From: Felis catus
Lineage: Eukaryota
Reading direction: 5' to 3'
Length of the DNA: 64,000 nt
Assembly: GCF_018350175.1 (NCBI RefSeq)
Contig: NC_058368.1
Span: forward strand, 69,752,001 to 69,816,000
Shown one piece after another: positions 51,690-64,000 of the stretch. Numbering within the stretch: position 1 is the stretch's first letter; the number at the start of each line of letters is the position of its first letter. The position numbers were made by a program, and so were the translations under genes. The notes under the pieces are model-generated. The model ran no database searches. It was not told the DNA's origin and saw only the letters and a list, made by a program, of their open reading frames with translations.

Positions 51690-52367
51690 TGTTATAAACT
51701 GAATTTTGCTCTCCTCCCCAAATTCATATGCTGAAGCCCTAAGCCCCAGGACCTCAGATCTGTAATGCTGAGCCCTGAACAACACAGGGACTGGGGACAC
51801 TGCCACCCTCTCACACACCCTCCTGAAGTCATGAATCCACCTCAAAAACCTCACTCCTAACAGCCTGCTGCTAACTAGAAGCCTTACCAGGAACATGAAC
51901 AGTCAACTAACTGTTGACTATTAATAACAGTCATAACATAACATGTATGTTACATGTAGTACACACTGCAGTCTTACAATAAAGCTAGAGAAAAAGTTAT
52001 TTGGGCAATAAATTTACAGAACTGTAAAAACTCTGCCTGTAAGCAGACCTCAGCAGTTCAAAGGGTCAACTCTATTTGGAGACTGGGTATTTAGACAGGT
52101 AATGAAGTTAAAAATCAAGTCATTAGGGTGGGCCCTAATCCAATGTGACTGGCGCCCTTCTAAGACAGGACACAGGTGCACACGGTGTGAAGAAGGGAGA
52201 AGTCAGGTGTCTACAAGGCAGGAGAGAGGCCTCAGAGGGGACCAATCCTGCCAATTGATGCCTTGAATTCAGACTTGCAGCCTCCAGAACTGCAAGGAAA
52301 TACATTTTTCTGCTGAAGGCACCGGGGCTGTGCTACTCTGTTAGGGCAGCCCTAGAAAATGAAGACA
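51690..52367 (+). mobile_element. MLT1B-like LTR split by a Tigger2a insertion
   Basis: Starts 'tgttataaactgaat...caaattcatatgctgaagccctaa'; resumes 'tatttggaga...attagggtgggccctaatccaat'; ends 'ggcagccctagaaaatgaagaca'. Confidence 0.85.
51766..52072 (+). mobile_element. Tigger2a/MER8-like element nested in MLT1
   Basis: Degenerate TIRs 'tgagccctgaacaacac' and 'ttcaaagggtcaact'; internal motifs shared with 41975-42291. Confidence 0.75.
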
Positions 52368-52979
52368 GAATCCGTAAGTAGGAAAAATAAAAAAGGAGAG
52401 TTTCTTTTACTGTGGCTTGAACACATTCGTATACTGAAGAGCCACGTATTATTTTCTTTTCTGTGAACCATCTATTCATATCCTTTGTCCATTTTTCTAC
52501 TGGGTTTCCGACTTTTTTTCAGATGTAGTAACTTTTAACATATTAGGGAAATTAGCCTCTCATAATGAGCCGCAAACACAGCACTTTCCTCATTTGGCTT
52601 TGAGTCCGCTTTAGGCAGTTTCTGCTTGCAGAAAGTAATTTGGTGTCAACACAACATCAGTCATGATACCACTTACAGGCAAGCTTGCTCGGAACTGTTT
52701 GTAACCACTTTCTAAGCATCTGATCAGTGACCTAGCTGGTCCCCACACTGAGGGCTCCCCATGTTAACAACCCTCAGATACCCAGAAAAAAGGTTAAAAC
52801 AAGGCAGTGAAGGGGTGGACCCCGCTCAGCTAACAGGATTTTTACAGCAGGGATTCTAAAACGAACTTCTGCTCTGCACCTGCACTGCATTCAGAGGCCT
52901 CCAGATCCATGAGCCATAATAAAGGCTGAGCCCAAAGACATCAACAACACAGCAGGTTTTATTAAAACAACCTGGGGTC

Positions 52980-53197
52980 AGGGCGCCTGGGTGGCTCAGT
53001 CGGTTAAGCATCCAGCTCTCGGTGTCCGCTCAGGTCATGATCTCACGGTTCATGAGTTTGAGCCCTGAGTCCCACTCTGGGCTGGCAGCTGGGAGCCTGC
53101 TTGAGATTCTCTCTCTCTCTCCTGCTCTCTCTGCCCCTCCCTGGCTCACATGCATGTGTTTTCTTTCTCTGGCATCTAATAAATAAACTTTAAAAAA
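52980..53197 (+). mobile_element. CAN-SINE
   Basis: Standard body; 'tggg(g/a)gtca'-like flanks. Confidence 0.9.
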
Positions 53198-54499
53198 GTG
53201 GGAGTCACAGAACACACAGGATTGAGAATATGGTTTTTAAAGCAAAGGCACCCTCCTTGCTAAGATGGTGTGCATGAACACAGAATGGTGAGAGAGGATC
53301 TGAATCCTGCCTCTGACCCTTACCAGCACTATGACCCTGAGTCCAGTCCCCGGGCTGCTGTGAGACTCTATTTCCCCATCTGCACATCTGTCTTGGAGGG
53401 GTGTGCCTGGTACATAATCTGTGCCCCCACATTTTAGCTATTGTTACCACAGTAACTTCAGAGTGCCCCCACTTCAACCACACCCACTGGGAGGCTGTGA
53501 AACTGGCATCTAAGTCCAAGCCCTACCTTGCTTTAGACATTCACGCCACCTTCCAGTGGTAGTCAAGGTTCAGAGCACGGCACCTGACCTCAAAGCTCAT
53601 GTAATTCTGCCTCTGCCTCATAGATGCGAGTATTTCTTAAGTGATGCAGACACCTACCGTGCGCACGGTGTCACTGAGGAGGCACAAACGAGTTAGACCT
53701 GAGTTCTGACTTTAAGGAACTTTACATAACAGACAAGTGGGCAAATAACCATGATTAGACAGCCCGTGGTGTCTACCACAATAGAGACACGAGATGCGGT
53801 GGGATTTCGGGAGATGCCGCCTGCTCGGAATGAAAAGAAGGTTCTGATGGGATCCAGAAGAGAAGAGGTGCCTGCGCTGCTCTGAAGGACTGTGACAGGT
53901 GACCCGGGGCAGGGGTGGCAGGGCGTGTGTTTCCAGCAGGCACGGATGGGGAGGAGAAGTAGATGGTCAGGAACCAACAAGCGATCCTGTACCACTAAAG
54001 CCGCCCAGAATGAGGCCAATGTCCTTGAATGCCAGTTGACGGGAGTTTCGACTCATTTTAATCAGTAATGGGAAATCACCAAAACTTCTGGACAGCAGAA
54101 AATAACCAGCAACTACCTACACGACAATAAATGGAGAGAGAAGGAAAGAAAGATCAATCAGAGTGGAAGGTCAGGGCCAGACTTAGTAGGCATTCTAGAA
54201 GTGTCACTGATGACCGTTCACCAAGAGCAAATCAAAGATGCTCCACTATTCTGAGCCCCGGTGAATGAGGGCTCCAGGAAGACACATGTCGGCAAGAGGA
54301 CAACTAGGTGAACGGGGGAGGGAAGCAGAGGCGGCCCTTCGTACTCCTGCGACGCTGGCGGGAAACTCTGGGAGACACGGCTGATCAGCAGCTGGCAATG
54401 CCAAGATGGAGACCGAGACCAGCAAAGAGGCGAGCATCGGCACAGAGCAAAGCAGTGCGTGGGGACACACCCGGGCCCTGGAGCTGGTGTCAAGATTAT

Positions 54500-54971
54500 T
54501 TGAAGCTGAAGAAGATTGCAGATTCAACACATACAGAATGAAGGCTTCCCAGCTTTCCCTTACCTGACTGAGGCAGCAACTTCAGAGAAATGAGGCTGCC
54601 CTCAGAGTCCCTCTTTGGGGTGGGTCCGCTCTCAGGAGGGAGGAAGGGCATAAACCTACCACAAATCCCATAAAACCCAGCTCTGGTCCTGACAGAGGAG
54701 GAAAGACTATTCATGTCTATAGAGAAACCTTACCGCAAACTTTCTTATCTCCTGTTTGCTCTTCTAAACACCCATAGTCCTTCCTAAATAAACCCACTGT
54801 CCTCCCCACCCCCACTTTTCCTACAAAGTCAGCTCTATGAGCCGCCACCTCCAATCACTTAATGTGCACGCACTTATAAACCTCCTTCTCCTGTGAATCT
54901 GTCCTTTACCACTTTGATTTGCAGTCTCCCTAGTCAAGAAGGGAGCAGCGGAAAGGGGTTTCTTCCCCACA
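54500..54971 (+). mobile_element. Probable ERV1 solo LTR (MER34/MER39-like)
   Basis: TG...CA termini; ends 'ttctcctgtgaatctgtc...tttcttccccaca'; family assignment from recall. Confidence 0.5.
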
Positions 54972-56106
54972 AGTGAGACACTGCCAAATTTTTACCTGAA
55001 GGGCACTCAGAACACGGGCAAGCTACCCCAGTTCATAAAGTTCAGCCCCTACCCCCCTATTGCACTTTAGATAGTAAACTGACCCTACCGTCATAGGAGA
55101 GTCCCTTGGGTCACTCAGGCCTTCAGTTCTCCCAGGTGATCATTATGAAAACCAGCCCAACTCAGTATAGGGCAGTACACCGGGAACCATGCGGACTCTC
55201 CCATGACGTCCCCTTCATCCTCTGTGTGTACTCGAACACATCCAACTCAAGTGCAGCATCTCAAATTTGCTTCAAGAGGGAAGAAGGTCTTGCATTTCCA
55301 AAACAGAAGTTCTGTAGCAAATTGCTTCTGTCAATACTGTCTAGAGGCTGGCCAGATTAAAGGGGAGAGCAGGGACCAGCAGGAGGAAGTCTTCTTGGAG
55401 GGAACAAGAAACACCTGTGAGGCGACACAGGACAGTTGCACAGGAAGTATACTGTAGGACAGAAAGCCTGTGATTTGCCTGGCTAGAGCAGGACTGGAAC
55501 AGCACCACCTGCTATGTATCTTAGGTGCATTAGGCACTGTACTAGATGCATTACATCATTTCCACCAGTTATCACCACCTTCCTACAAGGCACTGGTAGC
55601 TGGCTCCTGTTCTAGGAAAGGCGCAGGAGAACTTGCCGGATCCTAGCATGCAGCAGGCCCCGGGGCCCTCGCTCAGCCTCTCCACCTCGTGCTCCCTTCG
55701 TGAGCAGGACTCCCTTCCCTGCTCACCCGACATCATCACTGGCCATCACAGTGCAGTGGGAATCATTCACCACATCCATGGGGAGCACGAAGGGGTCATC
55801 TTGACGAGGACAGGGGAAGAGGAAAGAGAATCCAGGCTTCTCTCCTCCAGGCCCTAAAAGGAGGACAAAAGCAAGGAGGGTCCTCTAGTGTTGGAAACAA
55901 GAATGAACTGGGAGAAAGGCCCCTACACATAAATATTAACTAAAAATAAGGTTGCGCAATAAAACCCAGAAACAGCACAAACAGAAAAAGAAAAAACAAC
56001 AAATCAACTAAAAATTATTGGATCAAATCCTCAGATCAAAGGAAAAAAGAAAAAATCAAAACCACCACCACCACAAATATGCCAAAATGATGTTGGAAAC
56101 TACATA

Positions 56107-58332
56107 CAGGCATCCCTCGTTTTACGGCACTTCGCAGATACAGCAATCTCACAAACGGAAGGCCCGTGGGACCCTGCGTCCAGCAGGTCCATTGGCGCCA
56201 TTTCTCCAACAGCATCTGCTCCCTCCATGTCTCTGTGTCACATTTTGGTAATGCTCGCCATCTTTCAAACTTTCTCATTATTACCGTTATTTCTTATGGG
56301 GGGTCTGTGATCTGTGATGTTACCACTGTCATTGTTTTGGAGCATCAAACATTCCAACATAGGACAAGGAGCTCAGCAAGTGCATGTGGTGCGTTCTGAC
56401 TGCTCCACCGACCTGCCATTTCCCGGTCTCCTCTGGCCTCCCCACTCCTTGAGACACGACAATATTGACATTAGGGCAATCCATAACCCTGCAACGGCCT
56501 CTAAGTGTTCAAATGAATGAAACAGCCATGCATCTCTCACTTTTAATCAAAAGCTAGAAATGATTAAGCTTAGTGAAGAAGGCATGTGAAAAGCCAAGAC
56601 AGACTTAAAGTTAGGTCTCTTGTCCCAGTGAGCCAACTCGTGAATGCAACAGAACCCTCTCGAAGGAAATTCAACGTGTTGCTCCAGTGAATACACAAAT
56701 GATAAGAGGGCAAAACAGCCTTACTGCTGATTAGCAGTCTGGAGAAGGTTTGAGTGGTCCGGATAGAAGATCCAACCACAAACAACATTCCCATATTAAG
56801 CCAAAACCTCATCCGGAGCAAGGCCCTAACTCTCTTCAATTTGACAAGAACTGAAGAGGTAAGGCAGCTGCAGAAGCAAAGTCCGAAGCTAGCAGGGGGA
56901 AGTTCATAGGATTTAAGGAAAGAGGCCGTCTCCATAAATGAAAGTACCGGGTGAAGCAGCAAGTGCAGACGTTGAAGCTGCACGTTATCCCAAACCCAGG
57001 CTAAGATCTCTACAGAAGGTGCTGCACCGAACAACAGATTTTCCATGTGGATGAAACAGCCTTCTATTGGAAGAAGATGCCACAATGGACCTTCATAGAT
57101 AGAGAGGAGAAGTCGCTGCCTGCTTCAAAGGACAAGGTGACTCTCGTGTTAGGGGCTAATGTAGCTGATGACTTTAGAGTGATGCCAGTGCTCACTGACT
57201 ATTCCAAAAACAGGATTCTGAAAATTCTAGTGCCCTTAAGAATTTGCTATCTACTCTGGCTGTCCTCTGTACATGGATCAACCAGGCCTGAGTGATAACA
57301 CATCTGTTTAGAACATGGTTCACTTTTGCCCACTGTTGAGACCTACCTACCTACCTACCCCCCCCCCCACACACACACACACACACGATTCCTTTTAAAA
57401 TATTACTGCTCACTGATGATGCACCTGGTCACCCAAGAGCTCTGATAGAGATGGACAGTGAGATTCATAGTGTTTTCATGTTATGTTAACAACATTCATT
57501 CTGGAAGCCATGGAATGGATCAAAGAGTCATTCTGATTTTCAACTCTTAATAATCAAATACAGTTTGTAAGGTTGTAGATACCAGAGGTAGTAACTCCTC
57601 TCATGGATCTAGGCAAAGTAAACTGAAAACCTGGAAAGGATTCACCATTCTAGATGCCACTAAGAACATTCATGATTCATGGGAAGAAGTCAAAATTACC
57701 AACACAAACTGGAGTTTGGAAGAAGTGGATTCCAACCCTCATGGATGACACTGTGGGTTCAAGACTTGAGGGGAGGGAGTCACTGCAGATGTGGTGGAAA
57801 CAGCAAGAGAACCAGAACTGAAAGAGGAGCCCGAAGAAGGGACGGAATTGCTGCCATCTCATTTAACGGATGAGGGGTTGGTTTTCATGGAGGTGCAAAG
57901 AACGTGGTTTCTCGAATCTATTCCTGATGAAAATGCTGTGAGGACTGCTGAAATGACAACAGAGGATTTAGGATAGTATGTGGTTGACAAAGCAGCATGA
58001 TTTGAGAGGCAAATTTCCAAATTTCCAATTAGGTAAAATACTATTAAACAGCATGGCGTGCTACAAACAAATCGTTCATAAAAGGAAGAGTCAATCAATG
58101 CAACAAACTCCAATGTTGTTTTAAAAAACTGCGACAGCCACCCCAACCTGCAGCAACCGCCACCCTGATCAGTGAGCAGTCATCAACACCATCAAATTCG
58201 AGGTAAGACCATCCACGAACAAAAACATTATAGCTTGCTGAAAACCCAGAAGATGGTTAGTGTTTATTAGCAATAAAGTATTTTTCCAATTTTTTTAATG
58301 TTAATTTTTGAGAGAGACAGAGAGACAGAGAC

Positions 58333-58366
<34 letters not shown>

Positions 58367-58744
58367 CAAGCAGGGGAGGGGTAGAGAGAAAGGACACAGA
58401 AACTGAAACAGGCCCCAGGCTCTGAGCTGTCAGCACACAGCCCGACGCAGGGCTCGAACCCACAAACCGTGAGATCATGACCTGAGCTGAAGTCAGACAC
58501 CCGACCGACTTAGCCACCCAGATGTCCGCAAAGTCTTTTTTAATTAAGTGTAGTATGTTGCTTTTTTAGACATGATGCTATTATGGCACACTTAGTAGAC
58601 TACGGTATAAACATAACATTTTTTAAAGCCTAACTTTTACATGCACTTGCAAACCAAAAAAATGCATTCAACAACCTTTACTGCGGTATTTGCTTTATTG
58701 CAGTGGTCTGGAACCAAACCCGCAGCATCTCTGAGGTATGCCTG
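56107..58744 (+). mobile_element. Near full-length Tigger1 (pogo-like TcMar) DNA transposon with decayed transposase
   Basis: TIRs caggcatccctc (56107, preceded by TA) and gaggtatgcctg (58744); remnant DETAFYWKKMP...KDKVTLVLGAN (57047-57295) and DDAPGHP motif near 57415; many stops and frameshifts. Confidence 0.95.
58288..58527 (-). mobile_element. CAN-SINE inserted in Tigger1
   Basis: Antisense body with (GA)n; Tigger1 sequence continues on both sides. Confidence 0.92.
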
Positions 58745-59069
58745 GACACCGAAAGCTATACAATACAGCCAAAAATTTACTCACAGGAAAACTCAACAGC
58801 ACAATATATTTTCATTACCAAGCAAAAAAACTAAAAAAAAAAAAAGAAAGAATATTGAAAGTGTTCAACCCACAAACCAGAAAGGAAAAACATTAACCTA
58901 AGAAAGGCAAAGAATAAAGCTAAAGATACATGTATAATCAATGGAAAATAGTAGAATGAGAAATTATTTTTTAAATGACAGTTAACTTCCAATTACTGTA
59001 ATCAAGAAAAAACAAGTTCACACCAATTTGCAAATATAACAATAAAGAAAGAAAATTATAGACAAAAAA

Positions 59070-59255
59070 ATATTTTGAGAGAGAGCACAAGCGGGGCAGG
59101 AGCAGAGAGAGAGAAAGAGAGAGAGCAAATCCCAAGCAGGCTCCACACCATTAGCGTAGAGCCCGACGTGGGGCACCATCTCACAAACCGTGAAATTTAT
59201 GACCTGAGCCGAAATCAAGTTGGACACTCGACTGACTGAGCCATCCAGGCACCCC
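59070..59255 (-). mobile_element. CAN-SINE
   Basis: Antisense body; 'agacaaaa' flanks. Confidence 0.9.
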
Positions 59256-59380
59256 AGACAAAATTTTTTAAATGCAAGTAAAACACATCAAAATATTTCA
59301 TGATAGCAAATTTGAAAATCTGCAATGAAAAAGATCATTTCTTTGTATGAATTAAAATTTACTCAAGAAAGAACAAGAAC

Positions 59381-59604
59381 ACGGCATCTGGGTGGTTCAG
59401 TCAGTTAAAGTCCAACTTCAGCTCAGATCATTATCTCACAGTTTTTGGGTTCAAGCCCCGCATCGGGCTCTGTGCTGACAGCTCAGAGCCTGGAGCCTGC
59501 TTCAGATTCTGTGCCTGCCTGCCTGCCGCGCACGTGCTCGCTCTCGCTCTCTCTGTCTCTCTCTAAAACAAATAAATGTTAAAAAATAATTAAAAAAAAA
59601 AAAA
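59381..59604 (+). mobile_element. CAN-SINE
   Basis: TSD aaagaacaagaac on both sides. Confidence 0.92.
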
Positions 59605-59698
59605 GAACAAGAACTACAGGCAGAAAGTTGGTGGGGGGGGGGGGTGGGGAGGGTGAAGAAATAGATCAATTAACTTCCTCTAAAAATATCTACATAAA

Positions 59699-59888
59699 GG
59701 GGCGCCTGGGTGGCTCAGTCGGTTAAGCGTCCGACTTTGGCTCAGGTCGTGATTTAGCAGTTCATGGGTTCAAGCCCTGCATCGGGCTCTGTGCTGACAG
59801 CTCAGAGTCTAGAGCCTGCTTCAGATTCTGTCTTCCTCTCTCTCTCTCTGCCCCTCTCTCTCAAAATTAAATAAACGTTAAAAAAAAT
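59699..59888 (+). mobile_element. CAN-SINE (host of nested antisense SINE)
   Basis: TSD aata(t/c)ctacataaag near 59685-59699 and 60134-60148 brackets both SINEs. Confidence 0.93.
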
Positions 59889-59894
59889 TTTTTT

Positions 59895-60116
59895 TTTTTT
59901 AAATTTTTTTTTTCAACGTTTATTTATTTTTGGGACAGAGAGAGACAGAGCATGAACGGGGGAGGGGCAGAGAGAGAGGGAGACACAGAATCAGAAACAG
60001 GCTCCAGGCTCTGAGCCATCAGCCCAGAGCCCGACGCGGGGCTCGAACTCCCGGACCGCGAGATCGTGACCCGGCTGAAGTCGGACGCTTAACCGACTGC
60101 GCCACCCAGGCGCCCC
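59895..60116 (-). mobile_element. Young SINEC_Fc inserted antisense into the tail of the preceding SINE
   Basis: CpG-intact body; 'taaaaaaaa(a)ttttttt' on both sides. Confidence 0.95.
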
Positions 60117-61787
60117 TAAAAAAAAATTTTTTTAATACCTACATAAAGATAGCAAGCAAGGAGGTCAAATGGTTTTGCCTTTGAATAATTTCAAATCTTG
60201 GAAGAACAGAGTAGGTTCTAGCACCATCCTGAGGCACAGGACTTTTCATGACCTCACCACACAACCCCAGCACCTGCAAGAGGTCAGGGTCAGGAAAGCA
60301 GCGGTGGTCCCTACCGAGGAATAGAGGGCAGCAGGAAGGGGACAGCGCTGGGGCAATCCATCCACCTCTCAGTGCCCGCGATGCCTGGGAGAGGAGCTGT
60401 CATCTAACGAGAGGCATTGGCCCCAAAAGTCATTTCTAAAGAATAAAAGGTGCACTTGGAAATAGATGAATATGAAGTATGAGTCTCCACATATGTAACA
60501 CTTTCATCTTGCACACTAATACCACCTGCCCCCCTACCAACTCTCAGGATTTGCTCACCTGCCTGCCGCGTCTACAGTGCTCTGCAGGACAGTGAGCTCT
60601 CCTCCATCCCTGCAGTGACTCCCTTGGGCGAAGGAGGGGAGAGCGGGGTCAGCCACATTCTCTTTCAGTGGGGGCAGCCACAGGCTCCCTCAGGAAGGAA
60701 CAGCCCCGAGAACTTCTAGTGTCTTCCTCCTGGTCAAGGAGGCAGGGTCCCCACCATCATTTCACATTAGTGCAAAGCCAGGTACTTCATATGGAGTTTT
60801 TCACTTAATTCTCCCGATAATTCTATCTGCTCAGGTAATCCGTCTTCTGCCCTTGTAGAAGTTGAGATGCCGGGCCAATGACAAGAACAGTGAGAGGAGC
60901 TGGGGCCACTATCTAGGTATTCTGGCTGAGGCAGGACCCAAACAAAAAGCACTGTAGTGAATGCACAGACTTCGGCAATTTCTAAAGGAGTCCAGTGAGG
61001 AAAATATCTAATGTAACTATCCTTAATATTTAACTGGTTAACTGGTTTCCTTTTATAAACCAGTGAATTCTAAACTGATTGCTGGGAAAATACACTGATT
61101 TACAAAACATTTGCCTATAATTCGAGGGATTTACATGCCCCACTCCACCATGCCCAGTTTAAGAATTCTTGTCCTAATATCCTTTAGTAAATTGGAAAGA
61201 ACACTGGGCAGTCCTGAAAATGGTCGTCTTAGGGCTTATGTCACAGGGTTGTCTCTTTCCAAAAGGGCTGCCTTGTAACTGTGTGTGTATGTGTGCATGT
61301 GTGTGTGTTTTAGTAGTTAAGTCTCCCCAGATAGGTACTGAGATATTCCTCTCTTTACCATCAACACAAAGTTGACACGAGTTGATACCAAACAGGAAGT
61401 TCCTATGCTGAGTGCTCATGGGTAATGAGATGAATAAAACCATTCTGCTTACATTTAAAGACACTTAAAGGTAATCAGGGATATACATTCACAAATATTC
61501 TACATCAGAGAAAAGAAGCATGAAAAAAGTTCCCTGGAAGGTAAAAGGCTCTTTCCTCCCTTGCATCTATCCTAATAAGACAGCAAACACCACAGTCGAG
61601 ACTCATAAACTGCCAGGTTGAACAAGTTCTATGCCATAACCATGCCATGAATGTGTTCCTTCTGCAAAGGAAACATTTCTAGTAATCACAAGATTATCCT
61701 TCCACTAGGTGAAAATCTTAGCAGCCATTATGTGACATATATCAGAAATACCGACCACAAAAACCATAAAATCAGAAGCAATAATTA

Positions 61788-62035
61788 TTTAAGTTTACTT
61801 AGAGAGAGAGAGAGAGACAGAGAGGGAGAGAGAGAGCATGCTAGCACTTAAGTGGGAGAGGGGCAGAGAAAGAGGGAGAGAGAAAGAGAGCGAACGAGAG
61901 ACAGAAAATCCCAAGCAGGCTCCGACACGTCCATGCAGAGCCCCATTCAGGGCTTGAACCCACAGACCGTGAGATTATGGCCTGAGCTGAAACCACGAGT
62001 CAGTCAGGCACTTGACTAAGCCATCCAGGCACCCC
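61788..62035 (-). mobile_element. CAN-SINE with extended (GA)n
   Basis: Antisense body; flanks 'aagcaataatta' and 'aagcagtgatta'. Confidence 0.88.
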
Positions 62036-64000
62036 AAAAGCAGTGATTACTATTACTGAAGACTTAGTGTATTGAGTATTTGAGAAAGACTCAGCCCAAA
62101 GAGACAAGACCGAGTCAGGTGAGTATGGCTGAGAAAGAATAAAAACTTCACTGTGTACTGCAAATTTTTAAGGAAGTGCCTTCAGTGTCACAAGATATTT
62201 ATGGATTTGGTAGATTCACAAAAAACAAATGCTGTATTTTAAAATGCGGGAGTGCAAGTTCATATTTAGACTCTTATTGCCATGCGTGGAGTTTAACCTC
62301 AAGGCAAGTGGCTTCTGACGCAAAGGACTCTGCACTGCGCTGGTCTGTTCAGTGCCTGATTGTACAGCCTCTGCTTCTTCCTTCCAACCTGCGGGCTGCT
62401 TCAAGCCGTCGCTATTTTCTGCACAGTCCTGTTCTGAGTGAACAGTTAGACGCACGCATGCGTTCTCAAGCTATACCAAGCTTGTTAATGATGAGCTCCT
62501 GAAAACACTCAAGCTGTGCTTGGATCAGGTGTGCAAATCCCAGGTGCCCTCACCGAGCAGCCCTGCGGCTCAGAGGTCAGGTGACCCACGGCTGAGGGCA
62601 CAGACTAGTGCTTTCTGCCCCCACGTCCCACCATGGCACGAAACGGCACCAGCACCAGCCCCAGCCCTGTGTCCGCCCCCACGAGGAAGACCCTGTTACC
62701 GCATGTGAAAATGCACACAACGCGACCACAGACTCGTACAAAAGAGCCCGCCTCGTTGCTCTGGCTGGCACCTGGCAAAATATGTTCCTGCCAGGCAGGA
62801 TTCAATAAAAGGATGGGTTCTGACAGTCCATTTTCCTTATTTTGAAGCAGATGTCTTTATTTACTCAAATGCCTAAACGTCCTGCTGGGCTGCATGAACT
62901 ACTGAATGAGGAAAGAGTATACTTAGCTCCCTGGGAATGAGTCTTCCCTTTAATTACATACCAAACAGCCTCGCTTTACATAATCTAAGATCTGTGATAT
63001 CATATATCATACCATTTTTTAGAAGTTTACTCAGAAATATGTAAGTTTTAGAAAAGAAAGCATATGGCATAATTATTTTATCTAAATGCCTCAGCTGCGT
63101 TTTCATCCTCCAGATGGAAGTTTAAATATGCAGAACATGGATGTTGAGACAGAACGAGAAATACAATTAATACTTACTTTAATTTATAGGTAGCATTAGC
63201 CAAAAAAACAGAGTTGAGTTTCTTTTTTGGTGAAGCAAAATATTTAGCCTAATTGGAATTTTAATTCATTCAACTTTCTGGATAGAAAAACAGAAAAAGG
63301 AGCTGCCAAATGTCTTCGGGGACTTTCTTCAATTACACTAGGACAGTGTGTTCAGGAGAGAGAAAGGGATCCAGTCCCCATCCTCAGAAACATTTCAAAG
63401 CACATCTTTTATATTATCTTTGGCACTGAGCCTACGACTTTCCCCCGTGACTGATTGCAAAATGAAATGTATTCCCTTGTGATTTGAAAGCAAGATTTAC
63501 TTTCAGATCTGTTCAATCCGCCCGAAAGAAAAGTTTTGTTTTTGCCCACGGTCAGCCTGGAGTCTGATAACTGGGGACTCAACGTACCGTGTCTGTTTTC
63601 CCCAGAAACGCAAGGACGGACACTTGCAAAGTGAGAATCACTCTCAGAGAAAACACATGTGCTGCTCCCTCTCCCAGAAGCTGCAGCTGTTCTGGGCTGT
63701 TCTGGGGGATGCAGCTGATGCCTTCCAAATGGCAGTGGAGGGAAGGAGGCGTCCACCACGTGCTGCCTGTGGGGGTGGGCGTGGGCATGGAGCCTGCTGT
63801 CCCACTGAGGGCCCCTTCCCCTTCGGCTGAACCACAGTGCAGATGGGTACCCATTAAAGCAGGGGAAGGACCCCTCTGCAGGGAGCGGGGGAGGGGAAGC
63901 AGAGCCTTGGGCTCATGGTAGAGGGGGAGAGGGGGAGACATCCAAGCTCGCTCGCAAGGAGAGGACTTCCAGAATCAACACGGATGATCTCCCAACCTCG

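Noticed and set aside
57047..57976. Transposase ORF fragments as a domesticated TIGD-like gene
   Set aside because: Fragmented by stops, frameshifts and a microsatellite; bounded by ordinary Tigger1 TIRs.
47769..64000. STK24 exon 2 or alternative first exons
   Set aside because: I found no glycine-loop (GKGSFG) or VAIK coding sequence on the minus strand; these exons probably lie beyond the window.

Overview
Mammalian genomic DNA, almost certainly cat-family (felid/feliform), judged from dense carnivore CAN-SINEs of SINEC_Fc type. Two genes converge tail-to-tail. FARP1 is on +, with its last eight exons (tandem PH-domain C-terminus, 1033-9010) and a 3'UTR to about 10385. STK24/MST3 is on -, with nine exons (3-11 by human numbering, 47768-14579) and a 3'UTR to about 13575 or 11570; its first exons lie beyond the right edge. 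All 17 exons have GT-AG splice sites and join in frame. STK24 introns hold a full-length, disabled RPS3A processed pseudogene, a near full-length Tigger1 DNA transposon, Tigger2a/MER20/MER33 elements, MLT1 and ERV1-like LTRs, L1/L2/MIR fragments and most of the window's roughly 30 CAN-SINEs. I found no novel multi-gene system. The best observations are an RPS3A retrocopy apparently made from a transcript using a distal poly(A) site, an altered caspase-site region in STK24, an abutting inverted SINE pair, and a micro-inversion inside a SINE. Gene and repeat names come from recalled sequences, not database searches.
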